Source of the DNA: Spiroplasmataceae bacterium
GTDB lineage: Bacteria; Bacillota_I; Bacilli_A; Mycoplasmatales; JAYUTB01
Direction of reading: 5' to 3'
DNA length: 64,000 nucleotides
Assembly (NCBI GenBank): GCA_043756005.1
Contig: JAYUTB010000008.1
Span: 2,316 to 66,315 of the forward strand
Shown here: positions 12,378-23,697 of the stretch, one piece after another
Position numbering within the stretch: the stretch's first letter is position 1
Layout: each line of letters starts with the position of its first letter
Made by a program: the position numbers and the translations under genes
The notes under the pieces: generated by a model
What the model saw: only the letters and a program-made list of their open reading frames with translations
Told to the model about the DNA's origin: nothing
The model's database searches: none

Positions 12378-14147
12378 TTAAGATAAAATAAGATCCGCTA
12401 CATCCATTTTGACATGATTGGTCGTAATTTTATCAATTTTGCCATTTTTTACAAACACAACCGTATCAGCTAACGAAGTGATGTTTGTATTATGAGTTAC
12501 CATCACAATTGTGGTTTTTAATTTTTTATTAATATTAACTAGGATATTTAACATAATCCGTGACGTATTATCATCTAGTGCGCCAGTTGGTTCATCACAA
12601 AACAAGATAATTGGTTTTTTAGCTAACGCTCGAGCAATAGCCACTCGTTGTTGTTGTCCCCCTGATAATTGATGCGGAAATTTATATTTATGTTCAGTTA
12701 AACCAACCATCTCAATAATATCATCAACATTGGTTGATTTATCAGGATTTAAATAAGCACCTAATTGAATATTTTCCATCGCTGATAAATTATTTAAGAG
12801 ATTGTATTGTTGAAACACAAAGCTAATATTTTTTCTTCTAAATAATGTTAAATGAGCATCTTTTAAAAAAGATAAATTGTAATTATTAACAAACACATCA
12901 CCTTGCTGAGCTTTATCAAGTCCAGAAATAATATTTAATAACGTCGTTTTACCAGATCCAGAAGAACCTAAAATAACTACAAACTCGGATTGACGAATTT
13001 TAAGATTAATATCACTTAATATGCGGCGGGGCGTTACACCAGTTAAAAAATATTTATCAACATTATGTAATTCAATAATATTATTGACATCTGGTAACAA
13101 ATCACCACTAGTGCTATAAGATATTGGCTTTGGTGGCGTTTTAGAGAATTGCTTACTAGATTTTGGTTGAGGTAGAGCAGCTTCAAGTTCGTTGTCTGAA
13201 TTAATTTGATCTTCTATTGTTGATGATTCGTTAATTATTGGAGTTTTTTTAGAAAATCATTTGCGAGATGATGGTTTAGGTAGAACAGCTTCAAGTTCGT
13301 TGTCTTGATTAATTTCATGATTTAATGGTAATGATTCTTCAATGGTGGGTTGTTTTTTGGAAAATCATTTGCGCAATTTTGGTTGAGATAGAACAACTTC
13401 AAGTTCGTTGTCTTGATTAATTTCATGATTTGATGATAATGATTCTTCAATGGTGGGTTGTTTTTTGGAAAATCATTTGCGCAATTTTGGTTGAGATAAA
13501 AATGTAGAATCAACTTCATTAACTGGTTCAAATTGATTAACTAACGGTAATGAATGATCAATGATATTATTTTGAAGTTTTGAATATTTAGCAATTCGTT
13601 TATTATATTTAATGATTTTAGAAGAATATTTACGAGTTAATAAGTTATTTATTTTGATTAATTTTTTATAATCTGAAAACAAAATAATGTTTTGTTTTTC
13701 AATAAGATCTAAGTTTTGTGAATCATTTACATTGTAAAGTAAGTTTTTTTGTTTAATAAGTTTGTCGTTAGTGATGGATGATGAAAATTCATCAATGATG
13801 GGTTGTTTTTTAGAAAATCATTTGCGCGATTTTGGTTTAGATAGAGCGGTTTCAAGTTCGTTGTCTTGATTAATTTGAGCTTCTATTGTTGATGATTCGT
13901 TAATTATTGGAGTTTTTTTAGAAAATCATTTGCGAGGTTTTGATTGAGGCAGCGCAGCTTCAAGTTCGTTGTCTTGATTAATTTCATGATTTAATGGCAA
14001 TGATTCTTCAATGATGGGTTGTTTTTTAGAAAATCATTTGCGCGATTTTGGTTTTTGCAAAACAGTCGATTCGAGCTCGTTGTCTTGATTAATGTCATTA
14101 TCAGATGATAATTCATTAATTATTGGAGGGTTTTTAATTTTTTTCAT
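12378..14147 (-). CDS. ABC transporter ATP-binding protein with about 350-aa repeat-built N-terminal extension
   Basis: The C-terminal 240 aa hold Walker [10 protein letters not shown], signature LSGGQQQRV and Walker [10 protein letters not shown] checked codon by codon that the same frame stays open (TGA=Trp) up to ATG comp. 14145-14147. The start overlaps the ftsH stop by 14 nt. Confidence 0.85.
13141..13508 (-). repeat. 108-nt (36-aa) coding tandem repeat, block A, about 3.5 units
   Basis: The unit [35 protein letters not shown] recurs. Its TGA-Trp codons sit at 13257, 13365 and 13473, an exact 108-nt spacing. Confidence 0.9.
13797..14130 (-). repeat. 108-nt (36-aa) coding tandem repeat, block B, about 3 units
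   Basis: Same unit as block A. The TGA-Trp codons are at 13818, 13926 and 14034. Confidence 0.9.
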
Positions 14148-16071
14148 CTATATCACCAACTGGTTCATTAATAATTTCGTTTAGTTTATTTTTTACTTCA
14201 ATGGCTTCAGTAGGTAAAGCAAGGTTTTTAGAAATATATTCAATTTGTTCAGCATTAATAGTTTCTAATAATAGTAATGATTCTGCTAACAATGCTAATA
14301 AATTCATATTTTCATTAATCAGTTTTTTAGCATGTTCATAACAATTATGAAGAATTTTTTTAATTTCAACATCAAGTTTGCTGTAATATTCTTCAGATGA
14401 AGATTTAGTGAAAAAGCCTTGCTGATTATTAAGGTCAGTAGAAGCTAATCCTAATGAATCAGACATTCCAAAGTTAGCAATCATCCGTTTGGCAATGGTA
14501 GTTGCTTTTTCTAAATCATTGTGAGAACCAGTAGTAACTTCACTAGCTCCAAACATAATTTCTTCAGCCGCTCGACCTCCTAATAAACCGGTAATCATTG
14601 ATAATAATTCACTTTTTGGGATATAAAAAGATTCTTCTTTAGGAATGGAAATTGTATAGCCACCAGCATCACCTCTTGGTACAATTGTAATTTTTTGGAC
14701 TTTTGAAGCACTTTCTAATCTTAAACCAATTAAAGCATGACCAGATTCATGAAACGCCACAATTTTTTTTTCTTTCGGAGAAATAATTTTAGAAGTTTTA
14801 GCAGGACCAGCTACTACCCGATCAATCGCTTCGTCTAAATCAATAAGTGTGATGGTTTTATTATTTTTACGCACTGATAAAATAGCCGCTTCATTTAAAA
14901 CATTCTCTAATTGAGCGCCACTAAAGCCAGGCGTTCGTTCAGCTAATCTTGTAAAATTAACCGCTACCGAAACATTTTTATTACGTGCATGGAGTCTTAA
15001 AATTTCTTCACGTTCTTTAACTGTTGGTAAAGAAATTTTAATGATGCGATCAAATCGTCCTGGTCTAGTTAGCGCCGAATCTAATGATTTTTCTAAATTA
15101 GTGGCGGCAATCACCACGATATTTTGATTGCTTGAAAAACCATCCATTTCCGTTAATAACTGATTTAACGTTTGATCACCAACACTACTTCCAAATTGAC
15201 CACGACTGCGTCCAATTGAATCAATTTCATCAATAAAAACAATACACGGTGCTTTTTTTTTAGCATCTTGGAATAACGTTCGTAATCTTTTAGCCCCTAA
15301 ACCTACAAATACTTCTTCAACTTCTGAACCAGAAATCGCTAAAAACGGCACTTTAGCTTCACCAGCGATTGCTTTTGCTAAAAGTGTTTTACCGGTGCCG
15401 GGCGGTCCAGCTAATAGAATACCTTTTGGAGTACGCGCCCCTACCGCTAAATATTTTTTACCATTTTTTAAATAATCAACAATTTCTAAACATTCTTCTT
15501 TTTCTTCAATCATCCCCGCCACATCTTGAAAAGTTAATGTACTTATTGCTTTACCAACCCCTAAATCATCACCCCCTAAACCAAACATCTTACCACCTTG
15601 CACCGTTTTCAGTTGTTTAAACATTGAAGCAGCTGACATAATAATAAATGCTACAAATAATAAATGAAATCAATTTTTACTAAAAAAAGTTGATATTGGT
15701 GTTCATTCTGATATATGACGGGCATTTTCAACAGTTCATGAATAGTTTAGAGAAGTTGTTGCGGTTGTTGAGTTTTTTTCTGTTGAATTTGTTATTGTTG
15801 TTAATTTTTCAAATTTTTTAAGATCATTTTGAGTTATTGTTACATAAAAAGGTGTAAAATCTGATTTGTTTGCGGGTTTTTTAACTAAAAGAATGTCAAT
15901 TCAGTCAGAAGAGTTATGATATCGAGTAACAAAATGGCTTTTGTCTAAAGCTTGTAAAGCTATATTTGATTTGTGTTCTGGAACATTTCACCTTTCCACC
16001 ATTAGATAACCAAAAAAAACACAGACAACACTTAATATAATATATAAATGAATTTTTTTATTTCTTAACAA
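14134..16071 (-). CDS. ftsH: ATP-dependent zinc metalloprotease FtsH
   Basis: Track ORF 14134-15639 has AAA+ Walker [10 protein letters not shown], Walker B IVFIDEID and zinc site HESGHA. The frame continues upstream through TGA to a TM helix. No in-frame ATG precedes the TM helix; the likely start is TTG (comp. 16069-16071), 8 nt after GAGG. Confidence 0.9.
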
Positions 16072-16238
16072 ATCAATGACCTCAATAAAGAAACTAAATT
16101 AATAAATACGTCTAATAAAATAATATTAATTATAACATAAATTAAGCTTCACTTGCAAAGTAACATCAAGTTGATGCTTATTGAACCAAACCAACCATTG
16201 ATATTATAACGTTGCACTTCATGTAAACATAAAAGATA

Positions 16239-17972
16239 TTAAATGTGTTCTAATGGTTCAATACCAAAAATGTTTTGTAAAATAATTTTAACAGTATGCT
16301 TAACAACTAAGATTAAAGCTAATTTTTGTAACATAAGTTTTGGATGAAGTGGATCAATGATTTTAGTAGTTGCATAATAACTATGAAAATATCGACTTAA
16401 TTCATGTAAGTAATTTGATAACAAATGTGGTTTAAAACTTTCAACACTTTTTTTAAACACTTCATTAAAATAAATCAAATGTTTAGCTAATAACGCTTCA
16501 TGTGGTAAGTTTAAATCTTCAAAACTATTAACCGCCATAATTGTGTCAATTGCCAAACCGGATTTTTTAATTAATTGATGACATCGCGCATATACATATT
16601 GCACATAATAAAAATCATTACTCATGTTTTTTTCAGCCAAAGCATCAAGATTTAATTCAAAATGCGTGTCAGCGGGTTGGGCAATTAAAAAGAAACGTAA
16701 TGCATCTTTACCAAGTAAATCTAATACATATCGTAACGTAATGGAAGTTCCCGAACGTTTTGACATTTTAAAATCTTCACCAGCTTTACTAATTCGTACC
16801 ATTTGCATTAAGACAATATCTAAAATATTATGATGACCAACTACCGCTAAAGATTGTTTCATTCTACGTGCATAATCATGATGATCGGCACCCCAGATAT
16901 TAATTAATCGATCAACTGATCGATTAAGTTTATCCACATGATAAACAATATCTGGTAACAAATAAGTATAAGTTCCATCAGACTTAATTAATACTCGGTT
17001 TTTTTCATCACCTAATTGTTTAGTTTTTAATCATCAGGCACCGTCAACAAATTCAATTTGTTCGTTAGCTTTAAAAATAGTAATCATTTGTTCAATTTTG
17101 TGATTACTATAAAAAGAACTTTCATTGGTTCATACATCAAAAAAAACCCCATAATCTACTAAATCTTTTTTAATCCGATCAAGTAAATAACCAACGGCAA
17201 TACTTCTTATTAAATCAGTGATTTTAATATCAGTGGTTCAATCAATTTTAAATAAATACGGATTAAGTTGATTTAACTTTTTATCAGTTAATGATGGTAA
17301 ATCATAACTTAATAATGTATCACCATAAATACCAGTAATAAATTTAGCAACGTCATTGATTTCATCACCTAAATAAGTTTTGTCAATATCGCATGGTTTT
17401 TGAAAAATATCGCAATATGATTTTCACACTGATTCAGTTAAATTTTGAATTTGATTACCAAAATCATTTACATAATATTCTTTGATAACAGTATGACCTG
17501 CTTGCTTTAAAATATTACTCACCACATCACCATACACCGCATTACGGGCATGACCAACATGTAATAAGCCGGTTGGATTAGCACTGACAAATTCAACGTT
17601 ATATGCAAGTGGCTTGGTTACATTAATATTAAATAACCCATCATGATGAAACTGATTAATGACTGAGTACAATACTTGGTTAGTTAATGTTAAATTAATA
17701 AAGCCCTGATCAATGATAATCTGCGCAAATCATAAATTATTTTTAAATAACTCAGTTTTTAAATAAACAGCAACGTTTTCATGATGAACATTAGTTACTA
17801 ATTTATTTAATATTAAAGCAATGTTTGAAAAAAAATGGCCATGGTGATTATTTTTGGAACAAAAAATATTGATTTGTTCAATATTAATAATATTGGGTCA
17901 CTTTTCATTAATAACTTTATAAAAAGCGACTTTTAAATTATCAATAATTGATGTTGATTTATTAATTAACAT
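16239..17972 (-). CDS. argS: arginine--tRNA ligase
   Basis: Track ORFs 16239-16961 and 17424-17672 plus connecting segments form one frame. It has a class I HIGH-type motif (SANPTGLLHVGHARN) and a KMSK-type motif (FKMSKRSG). ATG at 17972. Confidence 0.92.
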
Positions 17973-18057
17973 AATTGCATATATTATAATATAAAGTATA
18001 TATAATAAATCTATATAAATATCTAAAAAAATTTTAAATATAAGGAAAAATTAAAAT

Positions 18058-19131
18058 ATGATTTATAATAAAAAAACATTCTTATTAAGAAAATCTGCAT
18101 TATTGTTTGTTTTAATGCCGGTAGTAGCGATTATTACTACAGCTATTGATGAAAAAATAGATGGAACATTGATTAAAGATATAAAAGAAGAAGAAATGAA
18201 GAAATGAACAAATGCAAAAATTAAAGCATTTACGTCTGAACAGATTCGATGATTAACACCGGAACAAGTTGGATGATTGAAGAAAAAACAATTTTCAAAT
18301 TTAATAGCAAAAAAAACATTTACTGATAATGAAGTTAAAGATTTATCGCCATTTGAAATATTTATTTTATCTAAAACACAAATTGGATGATTTAAGGAAG
18401 CACAAATTGGATGATTTACGAAAGAACAAGTTGGATGATTAACAAAAAAACACTTTTCAACGTTTAATAAAAAAGAATTTAAAACTTTGTCGCCTTTTGA
18501 AATATCTATTTTATCTGAAGAACAAATTGGAGGATTTACAAAAGAACAAATTAGAGAATTGACTAAAGAACAAATTGGATGATTAACACCGGAACAAGTT
18601 AAATGATTGAAGAACAAACAATTTTCAAATTTAATAGAAAAAAAACCATTTACTAATAATGAAGTTAAAGATTTATCGCCATTTGAAATATTTATTTTAT
18701 CTAAAACACAAATTGAATGGTTTAAGGAAAAACAAATTGAATGGTTTAAAAAAGATCAAATTGGATGATTAACGTCTGAACAGATTTGATGATTAACGCC
18801 GGAACAAGTTGGATGATTGAAGAAAAAACAATTTCCAAATTTAATTGAAAACACGTCATTTAATATTAAAAATTTATCACTGTTTGAAATATTTATTTTA
18901 TCTGAAGAACAAATTGGAGGATTTACTGATGTACAAGTTAAATGATTAACATCTGAACAATTAAAAATGTTTAATTTTAAATTAAATCATAACAGTAAAT
19001 GAGATCAAACAACATGAATTGTTATGTATACATTATTATCATTATCTGCAGCGACTATTGCTGGAATTATAATCTTAATGAAATGAGAAAAAATCAAAGC
19101 AAGTTGTACAAAAAGCAAACTAAGTGATTAA
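18058..19131 (+). CDS. repeat-rich membrane-anchored surface protein (xEQ[IV]xW[LF]T octad repeats)
   Basis: AAGGAAAAA lies upstream of ATG 18058. The product has an N-terminal TM/signal helix, about 20 short repeats arranged in 3 larger super-repeats, and a C-terminal TM helix. The frame is open only with TGA=Trp (at least 15 in-frame TGA). Confidence 0.8.
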
Positions 19132-19214
19132 AAATAATTAATTCTTTATTAATTAAATAAAGTTTTAAAAAAAATTGTTAATATAAAAAATTACAAATTG
19201 ATAAAATACATTAT

Positions 19215-19924
19215 ATGTAATGATTATTGCTATTGATTATTCCCGTAATTAGTATTTTAATAACATATATTAAAAATAAAAAACCAACAGCTAATATAAA
19301 AATTGAGACTTTAACTGAGAAAGTAATAGGACAATTACAAAAACAACAAATTGAATGATTGAGAACATATCAAATTAAATGATTACAAGAAAAGCAAGTT
19401 AAAGGATTTAGTAAAGAACAAATGGGATAATTTACGAAAGATCAAGTTGGTGAATTTACCGAAAAACAAATTAAAGGATTAACCTATGAACAAATAATAG
19501 AATTTACTAAAGCTGGTTTTTTATTATTAAAAGAAAAATTTACCGATTTCATTAATAAAACAACATTTACTAATGATGAAGTTAAAAAATGATCACCGTT
19601 TGAAATTACTATTTTATCTGAAGCACAAATTGGATGATTAACCCGAGGCCAAATTCAATTATTAACCCCAGCACAAATTAAGATATTAACTAACAACCAA
19701 ATTAAACAAATGCAAACAAAATTTACCGATTTAATTAATAAAACATCATTTACTGATGCTGAAATTAGAAAATGATCACCATTGAAATTACTATGTTAAC
19801 ATCAACGCAAATTAAAGGATTAACTAACAACCAAATGAGATGATTTACTGAAGAATAAAGTAAAGCATTAACACTACCACAAATTAAGGCATTTACTAAA
19901 ATTACTTGCATGTATGATTTATAG
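19215..19924 (+). pseudogene. decayed paralogue of the 18058-19131 repeat protein
   Basis: Same repeat types (QIKWL, SPFEITILSEAQIGWLT). The start reads ATG-TAA. There are in-frame TAA codons at 19428-19430 and 19856-19858 and a 1-nt deletion near 19781 (CCATTGAAATT versus CCGTTTGAAATT). Confidence 0.7.
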
Positions 19925-19965
19925 AGCTTTTATTACCAACAATAATCATCGTTATGAAATAACAA

Positions 19966-21696
19966 CTACGTTGTTAACATTGATCTTTTTTTATCAAGAT
20001 TAATAATATTAACAAAACTAACATCATAATTAATTAATCAAGCTAAAATACTTTGATGAGGTGATTTATTAAAATTAGCAATCACTAATATTTTCATAGC
20101 TTTTAATTTAGTTAATATTTTAGCAAGGGTAATTCTTTTAAAGGCATTAACTAATAAATCAGCTAACACATCGACGTCTAACATTACCATATCAAGGTTT
20201 TTTATGATACATAAAAAACTAAAGAACTTCTCAATTAAATCATTATTTAATAACAATGCTGATTGACAAGCTAATGATTTAATTGAGCTTAGTAAATGAT
20301 TAAAATTAGCTAATGAACCAGTTTTTAATAACGCACTATTAATTAATAACGCAACGTTTAATTGATCATGTTTAAAAAATAAACTAGCCATTTGGTTGTT
20401 AATAAAATCGGTAACTTCAAGTATATTCGTTATAAAAAACCGATTATGATGATCTAAAAATAAGGGCAATAAAACTAATTGTTCCTTTGAAAATAGATCG
20501 TTAACTTTGAAAAGATGTTTTAAAAAAATTAGATAATTTTTTTTTCAATCATCATCTTTTTGAATAATATAATTTAAAAATTGCTTAACTAATTGTTTAT
20601 CAAACACTTTATTCATGACATTGATGACATGATTAATATTGTTAAGCAAAATGCAAAACATTTTAATATTTAATAAATTAGTAATTGCAAAAATATTATT
20701 TATCACAAAATCAAACTGATTGATGAGTGAGGTTTTTTCATTAAAAAAATTTTTAATGGTTTGGAAATTGATGATATTTTGATGATTAATGGTTGAATTA
20801 TCGAAAACATTAAACAGGCGATTAGTATTATTGAGTAAACGATGATGTTGTGCTAATAAATATTCATATTGAGCTAAAAAACTATTAACATCATGGTGGC
20901 GCGTAACTCAACACGCTTTAAAAATGACATTATTTTTAACATCAATACCTTCTTCAAATAATAATTTTTTTATAAAATGATTGATTTGTAAATTAATAAA
21001 ATATAATTTAACTTGATTTTGACAAATGATTGTGAAATGATTGGTAGTTTTGTTTCAAAAAATTTTATTTTTTTTAAAAAAAAATAAAATTTTTTGATTA
21101 AACTGATCAATTTGTGCGGGTGTTAAAAAAGTATTAATAACATGATTAATATTAAATTGATAAACAATGATTAAAAAATGTTTAAAAAAGGTACGATGGA
21201 ATGTGTTAATAAAATGAAAAATATCACTATTATCATTGATATGAGTAAGCTTTAACATTGAATGATTAATTAATAGTTGATTATGAATATTTCAGTAAGC
21301 CGATATTTTACCAATCACAATATTTTCTTTAGGTAATAGTTTTTGAAATGTAACATTATAATATACATCAGAAGTCGAAAACTTAATAATTGCATGAGTT
21401 TGATCAATCATTTGTTTGGTTAATCAACTAGTAGTAATTTGTTTGAATTTTTCACGTGCATCAATATCTAATAAATCATTAAAAGCAAATCATGGTAATT
21501 CATTAGTATTAAGTTCAAAAAATGAATCATAAAAATAAAATTTTTTATATTTTAAATCAATACTAAAACATGACGATTCGAATGATAAATGATGAGTGAC
21601 ATGTTGTTTGTTACTGTTGCAGACATAAAAACATACTAATCCCGCACTTAATAAAAGCAACAATACTACAATGATATTAATAATTAATATTCACAT
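19966..21696 (-). CDS. hypothetical membrane-anchored protein (576 aa)
   Basis: Track ORFs 20038-20469 and 21055-21258 plus connecting segments share one frame with TGA=Trp. N-terminal hydrophobic helix MWILIINIIVVLLLLLSAGLV. The ATG lies 15 nt downstream of the cls stop, so it is probably co-transcribed. No motif recognised. Confidence 0.55.
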
Positions 21697-21710
21697 AAAA
21701 AATATTTATT

Positions 21711-23249
21711 TTATAAAAGTGCCTCAAACAATAGCAATAACTTTACCATAACTTTATGTGGTAATTTTAAAGTAAAATGCTTTGCTTGCACAATATAAGC
21801 TAATGAAAAATTTTGCATAAAAATATTTGCTAGCGTTTGATTAACCATTAAACCAAATGTCATCATCGACGTTTGATGATCATGAAAAAAACTTCGATAA
21901 TCCATGTTGGAAGTGGTTACTAACGAAAAATCATCATCAAATAAAATAGTTTTAGCATGATTAAAGACATGACTTGATTCATATATTTTAACACCAGCTA
22001 ATAATAAATCATCATAATAAGTGCGTGACAAGTCTAATAAAAGTATTTTATCAGTTACGTTAGGCATTAAAATTCGAACATCTACACCTGATATAGCAGC
22101 ATTTTTTAAAGCAATAACAATATCATTTGGTACAATTAAATAAGGGGTAGAAATTCAAATTCTTTGTTGCGTAGTATTAATAAATTTTAATAATAAATCT
22201 TTATAAATAATTTCAGTAATGTGGGGGCCGGTACCGATCACTTGATTAAAATTAATTGTTGTTAAATCTAAATTAGCTGATAATAGATTATTTTTTAATA
22301 ATATTGGTAAAGGTAAATGTTGTTTAGTTAATTCATATCAATCTTTTAAAAATATTAAGGCTAATGAGGTGACGGCACCACCTGTAATGCGTACTTGCAT
22401 ATCTTGTCAACAACCATATTTAGCCGATAAATTAATATAATTATCACCAATATTATACCCACCAGTATATCCAATAACGCCATCAATAATCACATCTTTA
22501 CGATGACACCGATAATTAGTTTTGTAACTAAAAAATGGTCAAGTAACATAATTGTAAAAACAAATTTCAATACCAATATTTTTCATGTTGCGTAAATTTT
22601 TATTAAACAAACCAAATCATGAACCAAAATGATCAAGGATTAAATAAATTTTAACGCCTTCACGATATTTTCTAATTAATAACGCTTCAAATGCTTTAAA
22701 ATAATAACCGTCATGAATAATAAAATAATTTAAATAAATAAATTTTTGAGCATTTGCAATGTCTTCAAACAATGCAAAAAACTTATCAATCCCATTATCA
22801 ATTAATTTAAATGTTAAATTTTGATAAAAAGGAAATTTTGTATAATTAGTCACAAAATTAATTAATAAGCTTTGCCTAGTTGATAAATCATGATTGTTAA
22901 GTAATCATTGCGTATCAGTTCATTGTTCATGATCAAATCACAATTTTTCTGCTAATAACACTTGGTCATATGTTTTACGACCTTGATATTTTTTATTAAA
23001 AATAATAAATCAAAACAGGCCAAGCATTGAAAAAACATTAATGATTAAAAATCAAGTTATTTTAAAACATGAATCACGTTTTAAATAAAAAATATATCAG
23101 GTACAACCAAAAATTAAGCAATAATTAACTAAAAAATAAATTCATAGATAACGAAGGGGAATAAAATAAAAAATACAAAAATAAAATCCACACGTTAATG
23201 CTAAAAATAAAAAAATGGTAAAAAATACAAAAAATAATTTTTGTTTAAT
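21711..23249 (-). CDS. cls: cardiolipin synthase (phospholipase D family)
   Basis: Two HKD motifs (HRKDVIIDG... and HAKTILFDDDFSLVTTSNMDYRS) and N-terminal TM helices. The pieces are joined by TGA. No in-frame ATG precedes the TM helices; the likely start is ATT (comp. 23247-23249), 8 nt after GAGGAAG. Confidence 0.85.
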
Positions 23250-23297
23250 AGTTTAATCTTCCTCTTGATAAGCTTTTTAAAAAAATATCAATTAATA

Positions 23298-23390
23298 TGG
23301 TGGAGTAAGGGGGATTTGAACCCACGCGTCATTTGCACAACCTACCTCATTAGCAGCGAGGCCTCTTCAACCGAACTTGAGTATTACTCC
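23298..23390 (-). tRNA. tRNA-Ser (anticodon GCU)
   Basis: The reverse strand GGAGTAATACTCAAG...CCTCG-CTGCTAA-TGAGG...GGGTTCAAATCCCCCTTACTCCACCA gives a cloverleaf with a long variable arm, anticodon loop CU-GCU-AA and an encoded CCA. Confidence 0.92.
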
Positions 23391-23665
23391 AATCATTACT
23401 AACGCACTAAAAAATTATAAAACAATCTTAGTTTGTTAAAATAATTATATATACATTATAAAAATAATAACAAACGACATGCACATAGAACACAATATTC
23501 AATTGTAATGTTTTAAAAACGAGTAATTCAAATTAAAAACATAAAAGAAAATTATTAAGATTTGTCTCTTTAACAAATGTTTCACTAAAGTGGGTATATT
23601 CACATGTTAGTGAATTCAAACGATATTGTTCAATTGTTTTTTATTTATCAAAAAATCATAAAAAT

Positions 23666-23697
23666 TTGACTTTATATATATATCATTTAAGTAAGGT
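23666..23697 (+). promoter_or_regulatory. promoter-like TTGACT + (TA)5 tract + SD upstream of the 23698 gene
   Basis: TTGACT at 23666-23671, (TA)5 at 23673-23682, then TAAGG before ATG 23698. This is a short version of the cassette seen at 35876, 47434 and 27493. Confidence 0.5.

Noticed and set aside
13322-13682. Two overlapping 69-aa minus-strand track ORFs, treated as separate genes.
   Set aside because: Only 13473-13682 is a piece of the single ABC-ATPase frame 12378-14147, cut off at TGA (Trp); 13322-13531 is an out-of-frame repeat shadow of that gene.
13141-14130. Regularly spaced repeats, considered as a possible CRISPR array. Also considered for 18200-18960, 26590-26830 and 36065-36172.
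   Set aside because: All lie inside open reading frames with periods that are multiples of 3 (108, 24, 27 nt). There are no unique spacers of CRISPR type and no cas genes.
18063-18617. 184-aa minus-strand track ORF (NHPICS-type repeats).
   Set aside because: It is the antisense shadow of the plus-strand repeat gene 18058-19131. With TGA=Trp that gene is a complete protein with an SD, an N-terminal helix and a C-terminal anchor. Repeats simply lack stops on the opposite strand.
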